The notes under the pieces were generated by a model. That model had not been told where the DNA came from, made no database searches, and saw only the letters and a list, made by a program, of their open reading frames with translations. A stretch of 64,000 nucleotides of DNA from Myxococcaceae bacterium (GTDB lineage: Bacteria; Myxococcota; Myxococcia; Myxococcales; Myxococcaceae): contig JAXLYB010000002.1 of NCBI GenBank assembly GCA_046351675.1, positions 64,001 to 128,000 of the forward strand. Reading direction: 5' to 3'. How positions within the stretch are numbered: position 1 is the first letter of the stretch; every line of letters starts with the position of its first letter. Positions 50,945-59,295 of the stretch are shown here, piece after piece. The translations under genes were made by a program, and so were the position numbers.

Positions 50945-52402
50945 GTGCTCCAGCGGCGCATCTCCCTCTCGGAGATGCTCGATACCGAGTCGTTCACCGA
51001 GGTGGTGAAGGGCTTCGTCGAGCTCTACCGCGTCGGCATCAAGGTGTTCGACGACAAGGGCGGGAAGATCGCCGACATCAAGATCGGCAACGGCGACTTC
51101 TGCGGCTACGTCTTCAGCTTCCCCGAGGGGCGGCGGCGCTGCACCGCGACGGTCGGCCGCGTGAAAGACGGCCCGCTCGGCACCACGCACGGCGCGCGGC
51201 TGCCGGTGCTCGAGCCCGACCTCGTGCCCACCAGCAAGGGCATGCTCACCGTGCCCTGCTTCACCGGGCTGCGGTACCTCATCGTGCCGATCTTGTGGGA
51301 AGGCGACACGCTCGGCCGCGTGGTGTTCGGCCCGTTCTTCCCCGAAGACCTCGCGCAGTTCCCGCCGCGCACGCTGACCGAGATCTCCGAGGGGCTCGAC
51401 GTCGGCAACGCGAAGGCGCTCGTCGAGAAGGTGCGCAAGGCGCCCGAGGGCACCATCGCGCGGGTGATGCTGCACTTCGGCCAGCTGCTGCAGACGATGC
51501 TGTTCGGCGGCCAGAAGATGTACCTGACCTCGCAGCTGCACATCGAGGCGACGCTCGACAGCAACCGCGAGCTCGAAGAGCGGAACAAGAAGCTCGAAGA
51601 CGCGAACGTGAAGCTGAAGGAGCTCGATCGCCTCAAGAGCGCCTTCCTCGCGACGGTCAGCCACGAGCTGCGCACGCCGCTGACCAGCATCATCGGCTAC
51701 AGCGAGATGCTGGCTGAAGGATTGGCCGGTGCGCTCAACGGTGAGCAGCTCGACTACGTGCGCACCATCATGGAGAAGGGCGAGACGCTGCTGAAGCTGA
51801 TCAGCAGCATCCTCGACATCTCGCAGATCGAAGCCGGCAAGGTGCGCCTCAACTTCGAGCCGATGGACGCGGTGGAGCTGATCAACTCGTCGGTCAGCTC
51901 GCTCAAGCCGCAGACGCAGAAGAAGGGCGTGCTGCTCGAGGCGAAGGCGCCGCAGAAGATGCCGCAGGTCACGGGCGATCGAGACCGCCTGCGCCAGGTC
52001 ATCGTCAACCTGCTGACCAACGCGATGAAGTTCACGCCCAAGGGCGGCCGCATCGCGGTGACGCTGACCGAGGTGCAGCACCAGCCCGACCTGAACGCGC
52101 CGGGCTACCGCATTCTCGTGGAGGACTCGGGCGTCGGCATTCCGGCTGATCAGTTCGACAAGATCTTCCAGAGCTTCTACCAGGTCGATTCGTCGTCGAC
52201 GCGCGAGTACGGCGGCGCGGGCCTGGGGCTCGCCATCGTGAAGAGCTTCGTCGAAGGGCACGGCGGCGTAGTGCGCGTCGCGTCGGAGGTCGGCAAGGGC
52301 AGCCGCTTCACGCTCGTGCTCCCTGCGACGCCGGGCAACACCGCGCAGGCGTTCATCGCGCCGCCCGTCACGTCGGTCGGCCCGGTCGACGATCGCTTCT
52401 GA
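50945..52402 (+). CDS. sensor histidine kinase (HisKA + HATPase_c) with N-terminal cytoplasmic sensory domain (PocR-like, Cys-containing)
   Basis: The H-box is LATVSHELRTPLTSIIGYSEM, the N-box is NLLTNAMKFTP, and the G-boxes are DSGVGIP and GGAGLGLAIVKS. The start is GTG 50945 or ATG 50975. The long ORF from 50186 is a frame artefact over the GTPase gene. No response regulator is adjacent. Confidence 0.8.
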   Translation: MLQRRISLSEMLDTESFTEVVKGFVELYRVGIKVFDDKGGKIADIKIGNGDFCGYVFSFPEGRRRCTATVGRVKDGPLGTTHGARLPVLEPDLVPTSKGMLTVPCFTGLRYLIVPILWEGDTLGRVVFGPFFPEDLAQFPPRTLTEISEGLDVGNAKALVEKVRKAPEGTIARVMLHFGQLLQTMLFGGQKMYLTSQLHIEATLDSNRELEERNKKLEDANVKLKELDRLKSAFLATVSHELRTPLTSIIGYSEMLAEGLAGALNGEQLDYVRTIMEKGETLLKLISSILDISQIEAGKVRLNFEPMDAVELINSSVSSLKPQTQKKGVLLEAKAPQKMPQVTGDRDRLRQVIVNLLTNAMKFTPKGGRIAVTLTEVQHQPDLNAPGYRILVEDSGVGIPADQFDKIFQSFYQVDSSSTREYGGAGLGLAIVKSFVEGHGGVVRVASEVGKGSRFTLVLPATPGNTAQAFIAPPVTSVGPVDDRF

Positions 52403-52405
52403 GAA

Positions 52406-52447
52406 CTCCCTCTCCCTGCGGAGCGGGGAGAGGGTCGGGGTGAGGGG
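52406..52447. repeat. palindromic repeat unit (CCC/GGG stem variant, 8-nt loop) in the 52-nt gap after the HK stop
   Basis: CTCCCTCTCCCTGCGGAGCGGGGAGAGGGTCGGGGTGAGGGG. It contains a spurious in-frame ATG (52440) for the downstream gene. Confidence 0.85.
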
Positions 52448-52454
52448 CCGAACC

Positions 52455-53276
52455 ATGTACAGCCGCGTGAAGTTTCTGATCCTCGCCCTGATCGTCGCAG
52501 CGCCAGCCCTCGCGCAGCGTGGCGAGCCCCTCACCTTCGGCACCTCGTACCGCCTCGTCTCGAAGAACCTCCGCGGCGAAGCAAAGCACCTCAACGTGCT
52601 CCTGCCGCCCGACTACGAAAAATCAGGCGCGAAGTACCCGGTGCTCTACCTGCTCGACGGCGGCGCTGATCAAGACTTCTTCCACATCGCCGGCCTGGTG
52701 CAGATTCTCATCGGCAATGGCTCGATGGCCCCGCTCATTCTCGTGGGCGTCGAGAGCGGCGACCGCAAGCGCGACCTCACCTTCCCCACGAAGGTCCCCG
52801 ACGAGCAGAAGCTCGCGAAGGTGGTGGGGCAATCAGCCGACTACCGCTCGTTCTTCGTGACCGAGGTCTTCCCCTTCGTCGAGCGCACCTTCCGCACCAC
52901 GGGCGAGCGCGGGCTGATGGGAGAGTCGCTGGCCGGGCTCTTCGTGCTCGAGACGTTCTTCCTCGCGCCCAACCTCTTCGACGCCTGGCTCGCGGTGAGC
53001 CCGAGCCTCTGGTGGAACGAGAAGTCGCTGGTGAAGGACGCGGCCGTGGCGCTCAAGAAGTTCCCCACGCAGCCCGAGCGGCTGGTGGTGGCGGTGGAGG
53101 AAGAAGACTTCAACGAAGGCGTCAGCGCGCTGCAGAAGGTGCTCGAGGCGGGCGCGCCGAAGAGCGTCAACGCCACGGTGAAAATCTTCCCGGGCGAGAC
53201 GCACGGCACGGTGTTCCACCCCGCGGCGCTCGACGGGCTGCGGCGGTTGTTCCCCGGTCCACCCCCGGCGAAGTGA
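52455..53276 (+). CDS. secreted esterase of the 'putative esterase'/enterochelin-esterase-like alpha/beta-hydrolase family
   Basis: ATG 52455 gives MYSRVKFLILALIVAAPALA as a signal peptide. YPVLYLLDGG...LMGESLAGLF is the family signature with its serine elbow. Confidence 0.55.
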   Translation: MYSRVKFLILALIVAAPALAQRGEPLTFGTSYRLVSKNLRGEAKHLNVLLPPDYEKSGAKYPVLYLLDGGADQDFFHIAGLVQILIGNGSMAPLILVGVESGDRKRDLTFPTKVPDEQKLAKVVGQSADYRSFFVTEVFPFVERTFRTTGERGLMGESLAGLFVLETFFLAPNLFDAWLAVSPSLWWNEKSLVKDAAVALKKFPTQPERLVVAVEEEDFNEGVSALQKVLEAGAPKSVNATVKIFPGETHGTVFHPAALDGLRRLFPGPPPAK

Positions 53277-53293
53277 GTTAGCCTTCGCGTCAC

Positions 53294-54742
53294 ATGAACG
53301 TGTTGTTCCTGAGTTCCGAGGTGGCGCCCTTCGCGAAGACGGGCGGCCTGGGTGACGTGGCCTCGGCGCTCCCGCGCGCGCTGCACCGGCGGGGGCACGA
53401 CGTGCGCGTGTTCATGCCGATGTACTCGCGCATCGAGCAGCAAAAGTTCCGCTTCCGGTCGATCGACTCGCTGCGCGGCATGAAGGTGATGTTCGGCACG
53501 CGCAGCTTCGAGGTGAGCATCTTCGCGGCCGCCCTGCCCGGCTCGAGCCTCGAGGTCTTCTTCGTGCACTGCCCGCAGCTCTACGGCCGGCACGCCATCT
53601 ACGCGCACGACGGCGACGAGCACCTGCGCTTCCTGGTGCTCTGTTACGCGGCGCTCGAGGCCGCCCAGCGCATGCGGTTCGCGCCCGACGTGGTGCACTG
53701 CAACGACTGGCAGACGGCGATGGTGCCGTTGCTCTTGAAGACGCGCTTCGCGTGGGACGGCGCCATCTTCGGCCGCACCAAGTCGGTGCTCACCATTCAC
53801 AACCTGAACTACCAGGGCACCTTCCCCGCGAGCGTGCTGCCCGAGACGGGGCTGCTGCGCGACAAGCACCTGCTCCACCAGGACCAGCTGAAGGACGGGC
53901 GCATCAACTTCCTGCTGCACGGCATTTTGTACGCGAACGCCGTCACCACGGTGAGCCCGACCTACGCGCGGGAAATTCGTACGCCGGAGTTCGGCGCGTG
54001 GCTCGACCCCTTCTTGCGCGCGCGCGAGTCGAGCGTGTTCGGCATCTTGAACGGCGTCGACTACGACGAGTGGAGCCCGCAGGCCGACCGCCTCATCCCC
54101 GCGCGCTACGACGTCGACCACCTCGAGGGGAAAGAGCGGTGCAAGGCGGCGCTGCTGTCACGCGCGCGGCTGCCGTCACTGCCGGGCGTGCCGCTGCTGG
54201 GCATCGTGTCGCGGCTGGCGGGCCAGAAGGGCTTCGACCTGTTGCCCGACGCGCTCGGGCTCGCGCTGCGCGAGGGCAAGTTCCAGCTCGTGGTGCAGGG
54301 CAGCGGCGAGAAGCGGTTCGAGCGGCTGTTCCACGAGCTGCGCGCGCGTTTCCCGCGGCAGGTGCGCTTCCAGACGCAGTTCGACAACGCGCTCGCGCAC
54401 TGGATCCAGGCCGGCAGTGACTTCTTCCTGATGCCCAGCAAGTACGAGCCGTGTGGGCTGACGCAGCTCTACGCGCTCAAGTACGGCACGGTGCCCATCG
54501 TGCGGAAGACGGGCGGGCTCGCCGACACCGTGCAGCTGTGGTCGCCGCGCACCAACCAGGGCACCGGCATCGTGTTCGACGACTACAACGCGAAGGCCGT
54601 GCACTGGGCGCTCGAGGCGGCGTTCAACATCTACCGCGACCGGCCGGTGTACCGGCGGCTGCAGCGCAACGGCATGGTGCAGGACTTCTCGTGGGAGCAC
54701 CAGGTGCAGAAGTACGAGGGGCTCTACTCCGCGCTCCGTTGA
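53294..54742 (+). CDS. glgA: glycogen synthase (ADP-glucose type, GT5)
   Basis: MNVLFLSSEVAPFAKTGGLGDVASALPRAL is the canonical GlgA N-terminus with the KTGGL motif. 482 aa. Confidence 0.9.
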   Translation: MNVLFLSSEVAPFAKTGGLGDVASALPRALHRRGHDVRVFMPMYSRIEQQKFRFRSIDSLRGMKVMFGTRSFEVSIFAAALPGSSLEVFFVHCPQLYGRHAIYAHDGDEHLRFLVLCYAALEAAQRMRFAPDVVHCNDWQTAMVPLLLKTRFAWDGAIFGRTKSVLTIHNLNYQGTFPASVLPETGLLRDKHLLHQDQLKDGRINFLLHGILYANAVTTVSPTYAREIRTPEFGAWLDPFLRARESSVFGILNGVDYDEWSPQADRLIPARYDVDHLEGKERCKAALLSRARLPSLPGVPLLGIVSRLAGQKGFDLLPDALGLALREGKFQLVVQGSGEKRFERLFHELRARFPRQVRFQTQFDNALAHWIQAGSDFFLMPSKYEPCGLTQLYALKYGTVPIVRKTGGLADTVQLWSPRTNQGTGIVFDDYNAKAVHWALEAAFNIYRDRPVYRRLQRNGMVQDFSWEHQVQKYEGLYSALR

Positions 54743-54772
54743 TCAGGCCGGCGCTGGTACCCTCGCGCCACC

Positions 54773-55996
54773 ATGCACGTCGTCTTCATCGAGCCCCGCT
54801 TCCCCGCCAACCAGCGCTTCTTCGTGCGCGCGCTCAAAGAAGTCGGCGCGACCGTCACCGCCATCGGAGAAGGCAGCAAGGACTCGCTGCCCGGCGACCT
54901 GCGCCACGCGCTGACGCACTACGAGCAGGTGAGCTCGGTGGTGAACGAGGCCGAGGTGTTCCGCGCGGCGAAGTTCATTCAATCGCGCGCGCGCATCGAC
55001 CGGCTCGAGGCGGTGGTCGAGGCGCACATCATGTCGACCGCCAAGGTGCGCGAGATGCTCGGCATCGAGGGCACGTCGGTGAAGACCTCGTGGCTGTGCC
55101 GCGACAAGCCGTCGATGAAGGCCGCGCTGCGCGAGGCGGGCATTCCGTGCGCGCAGTCGACCGCCGCGTCGAGCGTCGCGGAGGTCATCGAGTTCGCCAA
55201 GCAGGTCGGCTTCCCGCTCATCTTGAAGCCGCGTGACGGCGCCGGCGCGTCGGGCACGGCGCGGGTGAACTCCATCGCCGACGTGCAGCGCGCGGCGTCA
55301 GACCTCGGGCTCGATCGTGGCCGCTCGGTCGCCGTCGAGGAATTCATCGAGGGCCACGAGGGCTTCTACGACACCATCACCATCGGCGGCCGCGTGGTGC
55401 ACGAGTTCGCCACGCACTACTACCCGAACGTGCTCGAGGCGATGCGCACGCGGTGGATCAGCCCGCAGTTCATCACCACCAACCGCATCGACAGCGCGCC
55501 CGGCTACCAGGAGCTCAAGGTGCTGGGCCAGAAGGTGGTGCGCGCGCTGAACATCGGCACCTCGGCGACGCACATGGAATGGTTCGTGGGGCCCAAGGGG
55601 CTCAAGTTCTCCGAGATCGGCTGCCGCCCGCCCGGCGTGCGCGCGTGGGACCTCTACAACGTCGGCAACGACGTCGACCTCTACCGCGAGTGGGCGATGG
55701 CCATCGTGCACGGCCGCCCGGGTGCGCGGCTCTCGCGGCGCTTCGCGACCGGCATCGTCGCGCTGCGGCCCACGCAAGACGGCCGCATCGCCGGGTACCA
55801 CGGCCTCGACAAGGTCGAGCGCGCGTTCGGCCAGTGGATGATCGACGCGCACATTCCGCCCGAGGGCTCGCCGACCCAGCCGGTCGAGGCCGGCTACATG
55901 GCCAACGCGTGGATGCGCTTCAAGCACCCCGACTACGACCAGCTGCGGCAGATGCTGAACACGGTCGGTGAGACGGTGAAGGTCATCGCCCGCTAA
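54773..55996 (+). CDS. ATP-grasp domain enzyme (carboxylate-amine ligase-like)
   Basis: 407 aa. The central ATP-grasp segment is FPLILKPRDGAGASGTARV...EEFIEGHEGFYDTI. Its position after glgA is notable. Confidence 0.5.
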   Translation: MHVVFIEPRFPANQRFFVRALKEVGATVTAIGEGSKDSLPGDLRHALTHYEQVSSVVNEAEVFRAAKFIQSRARIDRLEAVVEAHIMSTAKVREMLGIEGTSVKTSWLCRDKPSMKAALREAGIPCAQSTAASSVAEVIEFAKQVGFPLILKPRDGAGASGTARVNSIADVQRAASDLGLDRGRSVAVEEFIEGHEGFYDTITIGGRVVHEFATHYYPNVLEAMRTRWISPQFITTNRIDSAPGYQELKVLGQKVVRALNIGTSATHMEWFVGPKGLKFSEIGCRPPGVRAWDLYNVGNDVDLYREWAMAIVHGRPGARLSRRFATGIVALRPTQDGRIAGYHGLDKVERAFGQWMIDAHIPPEGSPTQPVEAGYMANAWMRFKHPDYDQLRQMLNTVGETVKVIAR

Positions 55997-56035
55997 TCCC
56001 CCTCTCCCCCTGGGGAGAGGGTCGGGGTGAGGGGA
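55997..56035. repeat. palindromic repeat unit (CCCC/GGGG variant) between convergent gene ends
   Basis: TCCCCCTCTCCCCCTGGGGAGAGGGTCGGGGTGAGGGGAGT, starting 1 nt after the TAA at 55994..55996. Confidence 0.85.
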
Positions 56036-56036
56036 G

Positions 56037-56357
56037 TCACTTCACGAAGTACGAAAACGACACCGGCCCACCACGAGGCTGGTGCCCATCGTTCTTCCAC
56101 CCCTCGACGACTTCCTTCACGCACCGCACATCGCTCGCGCTGGCCTCGACCTTCACCACCCGCAAGTCGGGCCCCGACGAAAACTCGCCCTTCACGCTGA
56201 CCACCTCGTCCTTCGCGCTCGCCGGCGTGCACTTCGCGAGCGAGGGCAAGTTCGCGACGAGCCACGGCTTGAGCGCCGGCACGTTGAGCCCCTGCAGCGA
56301 CTTGAGCTGAGGGCCGGGAGCACCAGACAGCGCAAGCGCGGCCACGAGGGAGAGCAT
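56037..56357 (-). CDS. small secreted hypothetical protein (106 aa)
   Basis: Start at MLSLVAALALSGAPG (cat 56355..56357). The long ORF 56037..58085 upstream of this start is antisense to the FAD-oxidase gene. Confidence 0.45.
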   Translation of the reverse strand: MLSLVAALALSGAPGPQLKSLQGLNVPALKPWLVANLPSLAKCTPASAKDEVVSVKGEFSSGPDLRVVKVEASASDVRCVKEVVEGWKNDGHQPRGGPVSFSYFVK

Positions 56358-56417
56358 CAGGTGCGCTGATGATGCCACGGTCGACTCGCCGAGGCGGGGT
56401 GCTAGAGCGCGAACAGC

Positions 56418-57770
56418 ATGTCTGCGTCGCGCGTCGAGCTGTCGGGCTGGGGGCTGTACCCAAAGAGCTCGTGCGAGGTGCGCGAGCCCGAGACCGAAGC
56501 CGGCGTGCGCGCCGCGCTCGACCCCAACGGCACCATCGCCCGCGGGCTGGGCCGCTCGTACGGCGACGCGGCGACCAACGACCTCCGCGTGGTGCTCGAC
56601 ATGACGCGCATGGACCGCGTGCTCTCGTTCGACGAGGCCACGGGCGAGGTGCGCTGCGAGGCGGGCGTGTCGCTGTCGGCGCTCATCGAGCGCTTCGCGC
56701 CACGCGGCTTCTTCCCGCTCATCACGCCGGGCACGCGCTTCGTCACCGTCGGCGGGTGCATCGCCAACGACGTGCACGGCAAGGCGCACCACGCGCAGGG
56801 CTCGTTCCTCGAGTCGGTGAAGTCGATGCGCGTGCTGCTCGCCGACGGGCGCGTGGTGGAGTGCAGCCGCGAGCGCGAGGCCGACCTCTTCTTCGCGTCG
56901 TTCGGCGGCATGGGCCTGCTCGGGGTGATTCTCGAGGCCACGCTGCAGCTGCGGAAGGTGAGCACCACCTGGTTCCGCCAGCAGTCGTACGAGGGCCGCG
57001 ACCTCGACGAGCTGCTCGACCTGATGGCCGAGCACGACGCGCGCGTGCCGTACTCGGTGGCGAGCATCAACCCGCTGGCGACCGGGCGCTCGCTCGGAAC
57101 GGGCGTGTTGACCTGCGGCGACCACGCGCAGCCCGACGAGCTGCCCGCGAAGTTCCGCGCCCGTATGTTGGCCGTCGGTGGCGACGCGCTCCTCGACATT
57201 CCCGTGCGGCTGCCGGAGCTGACGCTCAACCCGCTCACCCTGCGCGTGGTGCACGCCGGCATTCGGCAGGTGATGTTGCGCGCCGCGCCGCTGGTGCACG
57301 CTGATCAGTTCTTCTACCCGCTCGATGGGCTGCTCTCGAACTGGAACCGCGGGTACGGGCGGCGCGGCTTCACGCAGTACCAGTTCGTGATTCCGAAGGC
57401 CGACGGGCCGAAGAACCTGCGCGCGTTGCTGACCACCATCGTGGAGGCGAAGCAGCTGCCGACGCTCAACGTGCTCAAGCGCATGGGGCCGGGGAACGCG
57501 GCGCCGCTGTCGTTCCCGATGGAGGGTTACACGCTGGCCATCGACTTTCCGATTCTGGGCGACACCGCTGAGCTGGCGCACCGGCTCGACGCGATGGTCG
57601 AGGACATGGGCGGGCGGATCTATCTCGGGAAGGACGCGTTCCTGCGGCCCGAGTCGTTCAATCGCATGTACCCGCGGCACGGGGAGTGGCGAGCGGTGAA
57701 GCGGCGGGTCGACCCGAATGAACTCTTCTCGTCCGACCTGTCGCGGCGCGTCGGTCTCACGGCGAGATAG
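56418..57770 (+). CDS. FAD-linked oxidoreductase (PCMH-type FAD-binding domain; DprE1/arabinono-lactone-oxidase-like)
   Basis: The FAD-binding PCMH motifs are ARGLGRSYGD and FVTVGGCIANDVHGKAHH. 450 aa. Confidence 0.65.
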   Translation: MSASRVELSGWGLYPKSSCEVREPETEAGVRAALDPNGTIARGLGRSYGDAATNDLRVVLDMTRMDRVLSFDEATGEVRCEAGVSLSALIERFAPRGFFPLITPGTRFVTVGGCIANDVHGKAHHAQGSFLESVKSMRVLLADGRVVECSREREADLFFASFGGMGLLGVILEATLQLRKVSTTWFRQQSYEGRDLDELLDLMAEHDARVPYSVASINPLATGRSLGTGVLTCGDHAQPDELPAKFRARMLAVGGDALLDIPVRLPELTLNPLTLRVVHAGIRQVMLRAAPLVHADQFFYPLDGLLSNWNRGYGRRGFTQYQFVIPKADGPKNLRALLTTIVEAKQLPTLNVLKRMGPGNAAPLSFPMEGYTLAIDFPILGDTAELAHRLDAMVEDMGGRIYLGKDAFLRPESFNRMYPRHGEWRAVKRRVDPNELFSSDLSRRVGLTAR

Positions 57771-57880
57771 CTCCCTCTCCTCTTCAGAGGAGAGGGTTGG
57801 GGTGAGGAGTAGACCGTCGAAGCGCTCAACAGTGGTTCTCTCCTCACCCCGGCCCTCTCCTCTGAAGAGGAGAGGGAGAG
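57771..57880. repeat. inverted pair of palindromic repeat units (57771..57810 and 57838..57880) around a 27-nt spacer, directly after the TAG at 57768..57770
   Basis: CTCCCTCTCCTCTTCAGAGGAGAGGGTTGGGGTGAGGAGT - AGACCGTCGAAGCGCTCAAC... - CTCCTCACCCCGGCCCTCTCCTCTGAAGAGGAGAGGGAGAG. Confidence 0.85.
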
Positions 57881-57897
57881 TAGAGTCACCCTCCTCC

Positions 57898-58251
57898 ATG
57901 GGCTTCTTCACCGACAACCTCGAGGCCGAAGTCAACGACCGCCACTTCGCGGTGCGCACCATCGCCACCGTCCTCGGCGCGCAGGTGGCCTTCCACGTCG
58001 ACGGTCGCAAGGTCGACGAGGTCAGCTTCTGGCTCTTCGACCGCGGCACGCTGAGCGCCACGGTCGACGGAGAGCTGGTGATCATCGAGGCCGTGATTCG
58101 CCCGTGGGGTTGCCGCTACCGCCTCTTCGTCGGAGACCTCGAGGTGCAGCTGCGGCTCGAGGCCGGCGAATCGGGGCTCGGCGTCTTCGTGCCGCTGCCG
58201 CGCTTTGCCGAAGTGCCCGTGCGCCGCGCGCTGCCGCCCGGCCGCCGCTGA
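57898..58251 (+). CDS. small hypothetical protein (117 aa)
   Basis: ATG 57898 (MGFFTDNLEAEVNDRH...) is the first start after the repeat pair. The longer ORF from 57718 reads through the repeats. Confidence 0.45.
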   Translation: MGFFTDNLEAEVNDRHFAVRTIATVLGAQVAFHVDGRKVDEVSFWLFDRGTLSATVDGELVIIEAVIRPWGCRYRLFVGDLEVQLRLEAGESGLGVFVPLPRFAEVPVRRALPPGRR

Positions 58252-58368
58252 GCCGCCCGCCCCGTGTGGGCAGGCGCCGACATCACCCCCAGTGGAAATG
58301 GTTGTGGTCGGCCTGACCGAAACGCATCATTCGCGCGCGCAACCAGGACCACGGCGAGGTGTGAGCAC

Positions 58369-59295
58369 GTGAAGGGCGTATTGCTGGGCCCGCAACAACT
58401 GAAGCAGTCGCTCGGCGCAGCCGTGTCCGCGCTGGGTCGCGAGGGGCCGATCGCCCTCGTCACGGCTGGCTGGCAGGAACGAGAAGACCAGGACGACGAG
58501 TTGCCCGCGCAGCTCGGCCGCAAGGTGGTGAACCTGCGGCTCTACGAGCGCGCCGAAGAGGTGCTCGCGAAGGACTCGGAGTACGCGCGCGCGCACCGCG
58601 CCCGGCAGGACCAGCTCCGGCAGATCCAGGAATTCTACAAGCTGCGCCTCGAGCGCCTCTTCGACGCCGCGCTCGACATCGCGCGCAAGGCCGCGGGCAC
58701 CGACCTCGAGCAGGAAGAAATCCGTCTCTCCATCGAGCACGTGAAGCGCATCGACCAGGAACACCTCGAGCGCGTCACCGCGTTGCGCGAGGCGTACGAG
58801 CTGCAGACGCGGCCGCTGGCGCGCCCGTCGATCGCCAGGCACCGCGCCGAGCTCGAGAAGTTGCTCAGCAGCGTCGGCACCGTCGCCATCGCCGGCGGCC
58901 ACGTCGCGGTGCTGCTCAACCGCCTGCGCATGTTCGGTCTCAAAGAGCTGCTCAAGAACCACGCGCTCATCGCCTGGTCGGGCGGCGCGATGGTGACCAG
59001 CGAGCGGGTGATTCTCTTCCACGAGTCTCCGCCCGAGGGCGCGGGCATCAGCGAGGTGCTCGAGGCGGGCCTCGGACTCCACTCTGGCGTGGTGCCGCTG
59101 CCCAACCCGAAGCTGCGGCTCAAGCTCGACGACCCGCTGCGCGTGGGCTGGCTCGCGCGGCGCTACTCGCACAGCCGGTGCGTGGCGTTCGACCAGGGCG
59201 ACTTCGTGCAGTTCGACCACGGGCGGTGGTTCGGCTCCGACGGCACGGTGCTGCTCAAGCCCGACGGCTCGGTCAACGCGGAGTGGGCGCGATGA
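58369..59295 (+). CDS. peptidase S51-like (cyanophycinase/dipeptidase E, class I glutamine amidotransferase-like fold) with N-terminal coiled-coil region
   Basis: GTG 58369. IAGGHVAVLLNRL and IAWSGGAMVTSERV correspond to the S51 GG.. motif and the GxSAGA nucleophile segment. Confidence 0.45.
   Translation: MKGVLLGPQQLKQSLGAAVSALGREGPIALVTAGWQEREDQDDELPAQLGRKVVNLRLYERAEEVLAKDSEYARAHRARQDQLRQIQEFYKLRLERLFDAALDIARKAAGTDLEQEEIRLSIEHVKRIDQEHLERVTALREAYELQTRPLARPSIARHRAELEKLLSSVGTVAIAGGHVAVLLNRLRMFGLKELLKNHALIAWSGGAMVTSERVILFHESPPEGAGISEVLEAGLGLHSGVVPLPNPKLRLKLDDPLRVGWLARRYSHSRCVAFDQGDFVQFDHGRWFGSDGTVLLKPDGSVNAEWAR

Noticed and set aside
56358-58085. Upstream ~575 codons of the 682-aa minus-strand ORF 56037..58085
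   Set aside because: It is antisense to the FAD-oxidase gene 56418..57770 and runs through the repeat pair. Only the C-terminal 106-aa part with a signal peptide (56037..56357) is plausible.
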